A stretch of DNA of 64,000 nt from an uncultured Chloroflexia bacterium (GTDB taxonomy: Bacteria > Chloroflexota > Limnocylindria > Limnocylindrales > CSP1-4): the NCBI GenBank assembly GCA_963780375.1, contig CAWABV010000008.1, forward strand, positions 27,619 to 91,618, written 5' to 3'. Under the pieces are notes generated by a model. The model saw only the letters and a program-made list of their open reading frames with translations. It did not search any database and was not told the origin of the DNA. Position numbers and translations under genes: made by a program. Positions 1 through 9,836 of this stretch are shown piece after piece. Position 1 is the first letter of the stretch, and every line of letters starts with the position of its first letter.

Positions 1-1222
1 TCCTGCAGCACCTGGCCGGTCGGTGTGGTGTCACCCTCGCGGTAGACGTTGCGCCGCCGGATCTCCAGCGGCGAGATGTCGAGTCGCTCGGCGATGCGGT
101 TGAGATGGGTCTCGGCCGCGAACTCGGTCTGGGGCGCGCCGAACCCGCGGAAGGCCCCGTTCGGTGGGGTGTTCGTCCGTGTCGCGCGGGCCCGGATGCG
201 GACGTTCGGGCAGCGATAGGGGCCGCCGGAGTGGATGGCCCCGCGGGAGAGCACGACCGGGGTCAACGTGCAGTACGCCCCGCCGTCCATCACGACCTCG
301 ATGTCCTGGGCGATGAGCGTCCCGTCGTGAGTCACGCCGGTCCGGTGCCGAACGATCGCCGGGTGGCGCTTGGTCGTCGCCGCGATGTCCTCGTGGCGGT
401 CGTAGATCATCCGGACCGGCTTCTGCGCCTTCCGCGCGAGCAGCGCGGCGTGAAGGGCGATGACCGACGGGAATTCCTCCTTCCCGCCGAAGCCGCCGCC
501 CGTCTCGGCCTGGACCACGCGGGCGGTGTCGTCTTCCAGCCCGAGGCCCTTCTTGAGCGCGGAATGGACGTAATAGGGGCACTGGAGCGAGCCGGTGACG
601 GTGACGCCGCCTCCCTCCGTGGGAACGGCGATCATCGCGTTGTTCTCGATGTACAGCTGCTCCTGGTGGCCGACCCGGTACTCCCCCTCGAGGATCAAGT
701 CCGCGGCCGCAAAGGCGGCATCCGGATCGCCCCGGTCGATCGCGTAGGCGGCGAACACGTGGTCCGACACGTCCGGATCGAAGACCGCGGGCAGTTTCGC
801 GGTCCGCGGCTTCGCCCGGCCGCGCGCCTCCCGAAGTGTCGCCTTGTCAGGTGCGGCGATCAGCGCGAGCGGCTCGGCGTGATGGAGGATCTCGCCGCCC
901 ATCGCGACAAGGATCGGCTGGTCGTTCTTGATCGAGCTCACGATGTTTTCGCCGGGGATGTCGTCTGCGGTAACCACGACGACCTTCGTCCAATCGAACT
1001 CTGGATCGAGCTCGAGAGCCTCGAACGTCGCGTGCGCATCGGTCGAGCGGATCGTCGCCCCGTACCACGCGCCGGGAACGACGATGTCGTCCGTGTAGAG
1101 CGCCGTGCCGGTCAGCTTGGCCGGACCTTCGCGCCGCAGCGGGACAGCCGGTCGGGCGCGGCCCGGGACCGTGGTACCTGGCGGGATGACGAGCGCGTCT
1201 GGGGCGGACGTCCGGGTCGTCA
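1..1222 (-). CDS. xanthine dehydrogenase family molybdopterin-binding subunit (XdhA/CoxL-like), N-terminal part; the gene runs off the left edge of the window
   Basis: Reverse-strand translation from the ATG at 1222 gives MTTRTSAPDALVIPPGTTVPGRARPAVPLRREGPAKLTGTALYTDDIVVPGAWYGATIRS..., the typical N-terminus of aldehyde oxidase/xanthine dehydrogenase Mo-binding (a/b hammerhead) subunits. The ORF track omits it because it is partial. Confidence 0.8.
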
Positions 1223-1436
1223 TGGCACTGGACGATACCATCGCGCCCCGCCCGTCCCACCCGCACCGCCCAGCACCGTCATCGACCGCACCGGACCAGA
1301 CATGGACGGTGCCGTGTGGCACCGCGAATCGCTCCCACGAGGCTCCCAGAGGGGCTTGGGACGAATGGGCCACGCGTATCATCCGGGCCCGCCAGAGACG
1401 GCGGCACGCTTCGACGTGCGAGGCGCGACAGGGGGG

Positions 1437-2219
1437 ATGACCCTGGATATGAACGTCTCCGTCGACAATATGCTCACGGTCACGGTCGCGACGACGGCAG
1501 CAGCGGTGCTGGCCATGATCGCGACCCCGATCTGGATCCGGACGCGCCGAGCCCGCCGGCTCGCGCTGGTGGACGTGCTGCTCGCGACGTCGTACGTCGG
1601 CACGTCGCAAGCTGCGACGTCGTCGCCGATGTTGGCGACGCCATACGTCGACTCGACGTCGATGGACACCGCCTCGCCGGGCGACGGCTCGGGAGAGCCG
1701 GCGGCCCCTGGCCTCGACGTCGCGCGGCACGACAACCAACGGACGCTGCTCGACGCGGCGGCGTTCGAGGAGATCCTCAGGCAGGAGGATGCTCGCGAGG
1801 AGCGCTATCGCCGCCCCACGACGGTCGTGATGATGGAGTTGGACGGTCTCGATCGACTGGCGGAGCGGCTCGGCGACGCCGCCGCGGCTCGGATCGAGCC
1901 CGAAGTCGTCGACACCATCGCGAAGCTCGCGCGTCGCGCCGACTACGTCACGCGGCTCGCACCGGGCCGGTTCGCCGTCCTGATGCCCGAGACCGACGAG
2001 ATCGTCGCGATCAACTTCGTCGAACGCATCCGTCAGGCCTGCGACGAGTGGCTCGAGTCAGGCGCGATCGCCATGCGCCTGGCGCTGGGGTGGGCGAGTA
2101 CCGAAGGGAGCGCATCGGTCACCACGGCCAGGCAGATCGCGATGGACCGGCTGCATATCGAGCTGCGGCGACACGCCCGCGTCGTCACCGACGCACCCGG
2201 AGACGCACAGCCGCACTAA
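1437..2219 (+). CDS. membrane-anchored GGDEF-domain protein with degenerate active site (RFAV instead of GGDEF/GGEEF)
   Basis: This is the 3' part of track ORF 105..2219. An N-terminal TM helix is followed by RRPTTVVMMELDGLDRLAERLGD...RLAPGRFAVLMPETDEIVAINFVERIRQACDE, which matches the GGDEF-domain consensus around the A-site but has lost the GG(D/E)EF motif. The ORF upstream of 1437 is arginine-rich junk. ATG at 1437 or 1449. Confidence 0.6.
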   Translation: MTLDMNVSVDNMLTVTVATTAAAVLAMIATPIWIRTRRARRLALVDVLLATSYVGTSQAATSSPMLATPYVDSTSMDTASPGDGSGEPAAPGLDVARHDNQRTLLDAAAFEEILRQEDAREERYRRPTTVVMMELDGLDRLAERLGDAAAARIEPEVVDTIAKLARRADYVTRLAPGRFAVLMPETDEIVAINFVERIRQACDEWLESGAIAMRLALGWASTEGSASVTTARQIAMDRLHIELRRHARVVTDAPGDAQPH

Positions 2220-2253
2220 GCGGGTCAGTCGAGCTGGGCGAGCGGGCGCGTCC

Positions 2254-3846
2254 TCAGTCGATCCCGAGGCGGATGGCCCGCCCTGGCGTCGCGCCGGTGT
2301 GTTCGCCGTCGCGCACGACGAGTGTGCCGTTGACGATGACGTGCTCGATGCCGGTCGGGAAGCGACGCGGCTCGTCGTAGGTCGCGTTGCTGCGCACCGT
2401 CGCCGGGTCGAAGACGACGAGGTCGGCCAGGTTGCCGTCACGGATCGTGCCGCGCTGCCTGAGACCGAGACGAGCGGCCGCCGCGCCGGTCATCTTGCGG
2501 ATCGCCTCCTCGAGACTAAGCAGCTGCTCGTCGCGGACGAACTGGCCGAGGATGCGCGGGTAGGAGCCGTACGTCCTGGGACTGGGCTTGTCTCCGATGA
2601 ACGTCGAGTCGGTCCCGACCATCCCGACGGGATGCTTCACGAAGTCGGGAAGGGTCTTCGACCACGGCCCGCTCGTGACCTGGTTGATGCCGAGGTCCTC
2701 GGCGAGCAGTAGATCGCAGATCGTGTCGACGGGATCGAGACCCGTCTCGGCCATCACGTCCGCCAACGTGCGGGCCTCCCAGCGGAGTAGGTCCGGCCGG
2801 CGGAAGTTCCCGAGCCGGAGATCCGCCCAACCCGCCGCGCTCGTGTAGGCGGGACCCATCTCGGTCTTGAGGCGCTCCCGCGTGCGCGTGTCTGCGAGGC
2901 GCTCCTTGAGGGCATTCGGCCCGCCCGACTGGACCCATTGCGGGAGCTGGATGAGGAGCCGGGTGCTCGCCCATTCGTAGGGATACGAGTCGAAGGTGAT
3001 GTCCAGGCCCTCGGCACGGGCGTCGTCGACGAGCGCGAGCAGCTGGTCCGGCCCACCCGGGTGGGTCTCGCGGTGATAGAAGTGGGTGATGTGGCTGGGC
3101 GACCCAGCGCGCCGGCCGATCTCGATGGCTTCCTTGAACGGGTCGAGATAGCGGTCACCAAGGGTGTACCGGACGTGGCTGTGGTAGAAGCCGCTTGATG
3201 CGCCGGCGACCTTGGTCAGGGTCGCGAGCTCGTCAGTCGTCGCGTAGCTGCCTGGCGGATAGTCGAGTCCTGAGCTGAGGCCGACGGCCCCGTCGGCCAT
3301 CGCGTCGCCTAGCGTCTTCGCCATGCGGTCCATCGCCGACGCGTTAGCAGGGACGTCGTCCCAGCCCAGCGCGTCGATCCGCAGTTGGCTGTTGCCGACC
3401 AGCGTCCCGACATTGACGCTCACGCTGCGGTCGTAGCGGGCGAGGTAGTCCGCGACGGTGTGCCAGTCGTAGTCGATGTCCGGCTTGCCATCGAGGCCCG
3501 AGTCGAGATGGACGAACGCCTCGAGGTCCTCGCGCCTCCGGAACGGCGCGAACCCGTTGCCATCGACGCCGACGATCTCAGTCGTGACGCCCTGGCGCAC
3601 CTTGGGCTCGTGGCGCGGCTCGGCCAAGATCACGAGGCCGCCGTGGCTGTGCAGGTCGATGAAGCCTGGGGCGACGACGCGGCCCGTGGCGTCGATGATC
3701 GTGCCCGCGTTGGCCGGCCTTGCGGCGTCCGACGCCAGGAGACGCATCCGATCGCCCTCGACGACGACGGTGCCCGGCCGCCCAGGCGCCCCGGTCCCAT
3801 CGAAGACGGTGCCGCCGGTGATCAGAAGATCGACGCTGTCGCTCAC
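2254..3846 (-). CDS. N-acyl-D-amino-acid deacylase (D-aminoacylase), amidohydrolase superfamily
   Basis: 530 aa. The N-terminus DLLITGGTVFDGTGAPGRPGTVVVEGDRM...GFIDLHSHGG matches the D-aminoacylase family throughout (metal-binding HxH). Confidence 0.8.
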   Translation of the reverse strand: MSDSVDLLITGGTVFDGTGAPGRPGTVVVEGDRMRLLASDAARPANAGTIIDATGRVVAPGFIDLHSHGGLVILAEPRHEPKVRQGVTTEIVGVDGNGFAPFRRREDLEAFVHLDSGLDGKPDIDYDWHTVADYLARYDRSVSVNVGTLVGNSQLRIDALGWDDVPANASAMDRMAKTLGDAMADGAVGLSSGLDYPPGSYATTDELATLTKVAGASSGFYHSHVRYTLGDRYLDPFKEAIEIGRRAGSPSHITHFYHRETHPGGPDQLLALVDDARAEGLDITFDSYPYEWASTRLLIQLPQWVQSGGPNALKERLADTRTRERLKTEMGPAYTSAAGWADLRLGNFRRPDLLRWEARTLADVMAETGLDPVDTICDLLLAEDLGINQVTSGPWSKTLPDFVKHPVGMVGTDSTFIGDKPSPRTYGSYPRILGQFVRDEQLLSLEEAIRKMTGAAAARLGLRQRGTIRDGNLADLVVFDPATVRSNATYDEPRRFPTGIEHVIVNGTLVVRDGEHTGATPGRAIRLGID

Positions 3847-4078
3847 GTGTGGACCTTAGCGTTCCCTTAGCCAGGTACGAGCGGCCGGCGAGCTGTTGCA
3901 TCCGGGGCCGGAACCGTCGACCGATCGACTCGTCGAGGTCACTCGATCGATGGTTCATGCTTCGGGAGAGCGATACGTCGGAGGAGCGGTCATCGTCGAA
4001 CGACCGTTTGACCGTAGGCGCATCGGGTGCAAATGGGCCGTTGAGCAGACGATGAGCGTCCGGCTTCAGGCTGGGGCC

Positions 4079-4750
4079 ATGCCTACACGAGAGCGCTGCG
4101 CGGACAGGGGGACTCGCACCGCGCGTTCGGATGCCGTCAGGTTGGGTTCGGACCTACGTTCCGCTCGAGTTGCCGCCGGCCTCTCGCTGCGCAATGTCGG
4201 GGAGGTCGCTGGGATATCGGGTTCGCAGATCAGCCGCATCGAACGAGGACTCGCCTCGGCGACCTCAGTCGCGCAGCTCGCGAGGATCGGGGCTGTCGTC
4301 GGGCTGGACGTCCGGATCCGGGCCTATCCAGGGGGCGATCCACTGCGCGACGCCGGACAATTCCAGGTCACTGATCGGTTCCGCAAGCGCTTGCCTGCAG
4401 ACGTGACAATCAGACTTGAGGTGCCCCTCCCGATCCCGGGCGATCTACGTGCATGGGACATGTTTCTTGGTCACCTCCTTGACGAAGAGGGCCGATTTCG
4501 AGCAATGCCCGTCGAAGTCGAGAGTCGGATCAGCGACGCGCAGGCCCAGGTCCGACGCATTCAGCTGAAATTGCGCGACTCCGATATGGAGATCGTGCTC
4601 GTCGTGGTTGCCGAGACACCGTCGAACCGGCGGGCCATCGCCGCAGCATCGGGGATCATCGCGGGGATGTTCCCCATCTCACCGCGAAAGGCCCTCGCCG
4701 CCCTCGCCGAAGGCCGCTACCCCGGAGGGTCCAGCCTGATATTCATCTGA
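4079..4750 (+). CDS. XRE-family HTH transcriptional regulator with an uncharacterised C-terminal domain (start uncertain: 4052, 4079 or an internal TTG)
   Basis: Track ORF 3896..4750. The HTH_XRE signature LRSARVAAGLSLRNVGEVAGISGSQISRIERG sits near the N-terminus if the start is at 4052/4079. The first about 50 codons of the track ORF are unlikely to be coding. Confidence 0.6.
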   Translation: MPTRERCADRGTRTARSDAVRLGSDLRSARVAAGLSLRNVGEVAGISGSQISRIERGLASATSVAQLARIGAVVGLDVRIRAYPGGDPLRDAGQFQVTDRFRKRLPADVTIRLEVPLPIPGDLRAWDMFLGHLLDEEGRFRAMPVEVESRISDAQAQVRRIQLKLRDSDMEIVLVVVAETPSNRRAIAAASGIIAGMFPISPRKALAALAEGRYPGGSSLIFI

Positions 4751-4762
4751 GCTCGAGCCCCG

Positions 4763-6109
4763 TCACTCGCGAGAGCCTGGGCCCTCGAGCCGGCGGCCGC
4801 GGACCCAGGCCGCCCGGACCATGTCGGGATGCGCCCGGAAGATCATCCGGCTGGCGAGGTCCGTGGCGTCGTCATCGGCGACGCCGGGGATGGGCGCAGT
4901 GAACGCCGGGTCGACTGCGATAATGTCGGCCTCCTTGCCGGCTTCGAGCGAGCCGATCGTGTCGCCTAGGCCGAGCGCCTCGGCGCCGCTGAGCGAACCC
5001 AGGCGCAACCAGTCGAGCGGGCCGACCACCGGCCCTTCACCGACCCCCGCGACCCGCCGCGCGTTCTGCGCGTAGAACCCGACCCGCATCGCGCTGAAGA
5101 TCGACAGCTCCGGGCCACCGGCGACATCGGATCCGAGGCCGACCGACAGACCGGCCTCCAGGTACTGCCCGAGCGGCATCACCCCCGACGCAAGGAACAG
5201 GTTCGAGCTCGGGCAATGCGCGACGCGCGTGCCGGTCTCGACGAGCCGCGTGAGCTCGCGGTCAGAGAGATGCACGGCGTGGGCGAGGACTGTCCGCTCC
5301 CCGAGACCGCCGGCTCGGTCGTAGACATCGACGTAATCGATCGCCTCAGGGAACAGGCGCGCGACTTCCGCGATCTCGCCACGGTCCTCGGAGACGTGTG
5401 TCTGCCAATACGCCCCCGTCGACCTGGCGAGCGCCGCCGACTCGCGCAGCAGATCTGCCGTGCATGAGATGGCGAAGCGAGGCGTGACGGCGTAGCGGAG
5501 ACGACCGTCGGCCGCGCCGTGCCAGCGCTCGATCAGACGGGCCGTCTCGGCCAGCGACCGGTCGAGGATCGTCGCGGGGTCGGTCGTCAGGTCATAGGTG
5601 TTCCGATCCATCATCACCTTCCCGACGATGGCCCGGATCCCGTGGGCTTCGGCGGCTTGGAACATGACGTCCAGACTGGCCTCGTAGACCGCGCCGTAGA
5701 CGAGCGCCGTCGTCGTCCCGGCCGCGGCGAACGCCCGCCACGCGGCGGGCGCGACGCGCTCGGCGACCGCGGCATCGAAGTCGAGCTCCAGCGGGAAGAT
5801 GTAGCGCTGGAGCCAGCTGAGGAGGTCCATGCCGGCGCCGAGGCCGGCATTGGGAAGCTGCGGCAGATGGGCATGGAGGTCGACCATGCCCGGCATCAGC
5901 ACCCACGGTCGGACATCGAGCGCCGTGGCGGCGAGGTCCGGCCGGTCGGCGGCCGCGCCAGCGAAGGTGATGCTACCGGCGGCATCGACCGCAAGCAGGG
6001 CGTCGGGCTCGTGTCGGGTCCCGCCGTCGTGGATCGGCGTCAGCAACCGGCCGCGCAGGACGAAGGGGGGCGTGGCGGGCAACTCCACGCGCGACAGGCT
6101 ACCGGACAT
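4763..6109 (-). CDS. guaD: guanine deaminase-like amidohydrolase
   Basis: Track ORF 4763..6244; the probable start is the internal ATG at 6109 (MSGSLSRVELPATPPFVLRGRLLTP...). The PGMVDLHAHLPQ metal-binding motif and overall similarity point to the guanine/atrazine deaminase subfamily. Purine context: xdh upstream and add downstream. Confidence 0.7.
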   Translation of the reverse strand: MSGSLSRVELPATPPFVLRGRLLTPIHDGGTRHEPDALLAVDAAGSITFAGAAADRPDLAATALDVRPWVLMPGMVDLHAHLPQLPNAGLGAGMDLLSWLQRYIFPLELDFDAAVAERVAPAAWRAFAAAGTTTALVYGAVYEASLDVMFQAAEAHGIRAIVGKVMMDRNTYDLTTDPATILDRSLAETARLIERWHGAADGRLRYAVTPRFAISCTADLLRESAALARSTGAYWQTHVSEDRGEIAEVARLFPEAIDYVDVYDRAGGLGERTVLAHAVHLSDRELTRLVETGTRVAHCPSSNLFLASGVMPLGQYLEAGLSVGLGSDVAGGPELSIFSAMRVGFYAQNARRVAGVGEGPVVGPLDWLRLGSLSGAEALGLGDTIGSLEAGKEADIIAVDPAFTAPIPGVADDDATDLASRMIFRAHPDMVRAAWVRGRRLEGPGSRE

Positions 6110-6459
6110 GAAACGACCCGGATCGGTCGATCCGGGTCCTGCGGTTATCGGGCGCGAGAGCGACCTAGCGCTTCTTGCCGCGAACCTCGAGAAGATGCGC
6201 CGTCCACTCGGAGCCACCCCGATCGATCGTCGCCGAGCTGCCATGCCAGCCGCACGTGCACGTGATCGTCTGGGCCTGGTGCTTGTACTCGTCGATCACG
6301 TGCTTGAACGGGAGATCGGCGACAGCGGGCTTGACGGGGGGTCGGCTGTTCAAGAGTGACCTCTGCGCATAAACGGACGGCCGGTCCGTGGGTGAACGGG
6401 GGAAACCCATTCTAGTGCTTGTGGCCGATTCTCGCTGGGAGGGCCGGCGCCAAGACCGC

Positions 6460-7992
6460 TTACTCAGGCCCGAGGTGATACCCGAAACGTCGTGGCATCC
6501 GGCTGACCTCGCGTAGCAGCCGTCCCGGCTCGCGACCGCGCTCCTCCATCGACTCGCGCCGAGCGGCGGCTTCCCGCACCAGCCGCGCCCCGACGAACCG
6601 GGCCGGCTCTGGCGGGAATGCCCGCGGGGCACGTCCGTTCGCCAACGGGAGGGCCAGCGCAGGATCTGACGCCGCTTCGACGGCCCGCGCGGCCAGGATC
6701 CGTCCACCGACGAGCGACGGCCCCACCCCATTACCGCTGTACCCATGCATGAAGTGGATGGGACGCCCTCGGACCGAGCCGAACCACGGCAGGTGGTCGC
6801 TGGTGATATCGATCGGGCCGCCCCAGGCGTCCTCGATGCGCACGTCGGCCAGGGACGGGAATAGCCGGCGGAGCCCGGCGGCTGCCCGCCGGGCGGCGTC
6901 CAGATCGTCCGTGAAGACGCCACCGATCCGACCGCCGAACCCCGCGCGACCGCCACCACCGCCGAGTGCGATCCGCCCGTCGGGCGTCGTGCGCAGGTAG
7001 TGGAGCGTGAACCTCGCATCGGCGACGCCCTCGCCGCCCGTCCACCCGACGTCGGCGAGACGATCGGGGATCGGTTCGGTCAGCACGATGTAGGACGACC
7101 ACGTCACGAGCCGGCGGCCGAACCACGGCCATGCCGCCGCCCAGGCGTTCAAGCCGAGGATCGCCGAGGCAGCCAACACTTCCCCCTGGCCCGCGGAGGA
7201 CCGTGTCCGGACGCGGACCGGACGGAACCCGACGCCGTTCCCGCGCCGCGACGGTGCCCGCCGCGCACCAGCGCCGATCGCCCCGAGCGCTCCGCGTCCC
7301 TGGCCGTCGATCTCGACCGCTTCGGTGCCCTCGAATATCGTCGCGCCGCGTTCGAGCAGGACGCGACGCAGGCCACGAGCGAGTGTCGCCGGCTGGACGG
7401 TCGCCGCGCCCGGCATGAATGCGCCGTCGCGGAAGACCGGCGAGCGGACCCGCGCCGCGACCTCGTCCGCCGTCATCGGCACGAGTCGGTCGGCCAGTCC
7501 GTGCTCGCGAAGCGCCTCGACAGCCTCCGCCCAGGCGTCGTCCTGCGCGGGGGCCGCGCTCACGGACAGCGAGCCCGCCTTCGTGTACCAGGCATCCACC
7601 CCATGCTCGACGCCGAAGGCGCCGATGTCGTCGACGGCGGACTCGATCGCCTCGCCCATCGCCCTGGCGCCACTCAACCCGTACCGATCGAGCAGCGTCG
7701 GAAACTCGTCCCACCAGTTCGTGACGAAGCCGCCGTTCCGGCCGGACGGTCCCCCACCGCAGATGTCGGCCTCCAGGACGACGACCCGGGCGCCGGGTTC
7801 CAGTTCGGTGACCCGCAGCGCGGACCACAGCCCGGTGTACCCGCCACCGACCACGACGACGTCTGCCGTGGTCGAGCCCCGCAACGGCGGGGCGGCCGTG
7901 GCCAGGTACGGCGCCGCGGCCGTCTCGGCCGCCAATGCCTCGCGAAGCCACCATGAGCGGCGGGTGCCGCTCGGCCGGACGTCACCCAGCAT
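6460..7992 (-). CDS. FAD-dependent oxidoreductase (DAO family, PuuB / sarcosine-oxidase-beta-like)
   Basis: The 3' part of track ORF 6460..8562; the start is the internal ATG at 7992 (MLGDVRPSGTRRSWWLREALAAE...ADVVVVGGGYTGLWSAL...GGGPSGRNGGFV). The upstream gene's stop lies 2 nt away, so the two are operonic. Confidence 0.8.
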   Translation of the reverse strand: MLGDVRPSGTRRSWWLREALAAETAAAPYLATAAPPLRGSTTADVVVVGGGYTGLWSALRVTELEPGARVVVLEADICGGGPSGRNGGFVTNWWDEFPTLLDRYGLSGARAMGEAIESAVDDIGAFGVEHGVDAWYTKAGSLSVSAAPAQDDAWAEAVEALREHGLADRLVPMTADEVAARVRSPVFRDGAFMPGAATVQPATLARGLRRVLLERGATIFEGTEAVEIDGQGRGALGAIGAGARRAPSRRGNGVGFRPVRVRTRSSAGQGEVLAASAILGLNAWAAAWPWFGRRLVTWSSYIVLTEPIPDRLADVGWTGGEGVADARFTLHYLRTTPDGRIALGGGGGRAGFGGRIGGVFTDDLDAARRAAAGLRRLFPSLADVRIEDAWGGPIDITSDHLPWFGSVRGRPIHFMHGYSGNGVGPSLVGGRILAARAVEAASDPALALPLANGRAPRAFPPEPARFVGARLVREAAARRESMEERGREPGRLLREVSRMPRRFGYHLGPE

Positions 7993-7994
7993 CG

Positions 7995-9080
7995 CTAGCC
8001 GGTCTGGGGCAGCAAGCCGGTATCGATCAGGTCGTCCACCGTGACGGGGTTCGGGACGAGTCCGAGATCGGTCATGAACTCGAGAGACTTCTCCCAGTCG
8101 CTCGGCTCGATCGCGCCAAGGCCCTTCGACTCCTGGACGGGTCCGCTCCAGACGTCGATCGTGGCATCGAGGATGGCTGCCTGGGTATCCCGGGAGGCGG
8201 CGAGGTCGGGCACGGCCGTGATCGCCGCGTCGAGACCCTTTTCCGGGTCTGCCTTGATATCCTCCATCGCCCGCAGGGTGGCTGCCACGAAGGCCGCTAC
8301 CGCGTCGCCCTTCGTGTCGAGCGCGTCGCGACCGACGATCAACCCGTTGCCGGGGAGCGGCGTGATCTCGTCGACGCGGAGGATGTTCACCTGCTCCCCG
8401 GTGAGCTGCAGCTGGACGGGCTCGTTGTTGGCGAAGCCGGTCCCGGCATCGACCGCGCCCTGCGCGACCGCGGCACCCTGGCCGAATTCGGGGTACTCGA
8501 TGATCTGCAGGTCGTCGGGCGTGAGACCGGCCGACTTGAGCAATGCCTGGAGCATGATCCACGATGAGCCGTAGCGACCCGGGATGCCCAGCCGCTTGCC
8601 CTTCAGGTCCTTCGCCGCAGCGATCCCCGAGGACGCCTTCGCGAACACGATCGACGGGAACTGACCGTAGATCGTCGCGATGTACTTGATGGGGATGCCA
8701 TTGCTTACGGCAGGGATGACGCTGGTCCCGTCGGCGAGGCCCAGGTCGAGCTCGCCCTGGCCGGTGAGCGTGGTGACGTCGTAGTCGGTGCCGTGGCGGA
8801 ACGTGACGTCGAGCCCGGCATCGTCGTAATAGCCCGCCTGGTCCGCCAGATAGAACTGGGCGAACTGGACGCTCGGGATGTAGCCGAGGCCGACGGTCAG
8901 CGCGACCGGTTCATGGCTCGGCTCAGCGCTGATCTCGCCGTTGGCCGATGCGGACGGGGCCTCGGTCGCCGACGGACTGGAGGACGACGAGTTGCCGCTG
9001 GCGCAACCCGCAAGAGCGACGGCGAGGCCAGCGGTCAGGGCGAGGGGACGGAGTAACGACACGGACACCTCCAGGGACAA
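7995..9080 (-). CDS. ABC transporter substrate-binding lipoprotein, NMT1/THI5-like (NitT/TauT family)
   Basis: Signal peptide plus lipobox LAGCAS. The fold signature (GYIPSVQFAQFYLA...GKRLGIPGRYGSSW) is that of nitrate/sulfonate/bicarbonate/HMP-type SBPs. Confidence 0.8.
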   Translation of the reverse strand: MSLEVSVSLLRPLALTAGLAVALAGCASGNSSSSSPSATEAPSASANGEISAEPSHEPVALTVGLGYIPSVQFAQFYLADQAGYYDDAGLDVTFRHGTDYDVTTLTGQGELDLGLADGTSVIPAVSNGIPIKYIATIYGQFPSIVFAKASSGIAAAKDLKGKRLGIPGRYGSSWIMLQALLKSAGLTPDDLQIIEYPEFGQGAAVAQGAVDAGTGFANNEPVQLQLTGEQVNILRVDEITPLPGNGLIVGRDALDTKGDAVAAFVAATLRAMEDIKADPEKGLDAAITAVPDLAASRDTQAAILDATIDVWSGPVQESKGLGAIEPSDWEKSLEFMTDLGLVPNPVTVDDLIDTGLLPQTG

Positions 9081-9086
9081 GGCAGG

Positions 9087-9836
9087 TTAGCGAGCGCCGA
9101 CGAGCCGGCGCTCGATGAGCACGACGATGAGGTAGAGCACGATCCCGACCAGCGCGATGGTCAACAGCGTGGCGAACATCAAGGGAATGTCGAACAGGGA
9201 CCCGCGGGCAAGGTTGATCAGGACGCCGAGGCCCCGCTCGGCCCCTGCCCACTCCCCGACGATGGCGCCGACGACGGCGAGCGTCACACCGACCCGCATC
9301 CCGCCGAGGATGCTCGGCAGGGCCGCCGGGATCTCGAGGGTCGTCAGGATCTGGCGGCGGGTCGCGCGGAGCGAACGGCCAAGCTCGAGAAGTCGGGCGT
9401 CGACCGAGCGGATGCCGACCATCGTCGCGACGGCGACCGGGAAGAAGACGATCAGCGCGCAGATGACGACCTTGCCGACGAGGCCCGGCCCGAACCACAG
9501 CGCGATGAGCGGGGCGAGGGCGAGGATCGGGGTCGCCTGGGCGGCGACGATGTAGGGCGACGCGAGTCGTTCCACGACCGCGCTCCGCGCCAAGGCGTAG
9601 CCGGCAACGAGCGCTGATCCGGCCCCGACCGCGAACCCGAGCGCGACTTCGACCAGCGTCGTGCCGAGGTGCGGCTGGATCGTCCCGGCTGTCCACGCCG
9701 CGACCCAGCGGGTCATGACCGAGCCGGGTGGCGGCAGGATGAACGGCGGGAAGCCGCTGACGATCACGACGAGCTGCCAGAGCAGCAGGAACGCCGCCAG
9801 CGCGGCGAGCACCGACGCGACAGCGGTCCGGCTCAC
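9087..9836 (-). CDS. ABC transporter permease (TauC/SsuC-like BPD_transp_1)
   Basis: The 3' part of track ORF 9087..10622, with a GTG start overlapping the ATPase stop (GTGA). It has 6 TM helices and the EAA-like loop LGRSLRATRRQILTTLEIPAALP. Confidence 0.8.
   Translation of the reverse strand: MSRTAVASVLAALAAFLLLWQLVVIVSGFPPFILPPPGSVMTRWVAAWTAGTIQPHLGTTLVEVALGFAVGAGSALVAGYALARSAVVERLASPYIVAAQATPILALAPLIALWFGPGLVGKVVICALIVFFPVAVATMVGIRSVDARLLELGRSLRATRRQILTTLEIPAALPSILGGMRVGVTLAVVGAIVGEWAGAERGLGVLINLARGSLFDIPLMFATLLTIALVGIVLYLIVVLIERRLVGAR

Noticed and set aside
105-1436. 5' two-thirds of the long + strand ORF 105..2219
   Set aside because: It is antisense to the clearly coding xanthine-dehydrogenase gene (minus strand) and is Arg/Gly-rich with no motifs. 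Only the 3' part from 1437 shows a real domain (GGDEF).
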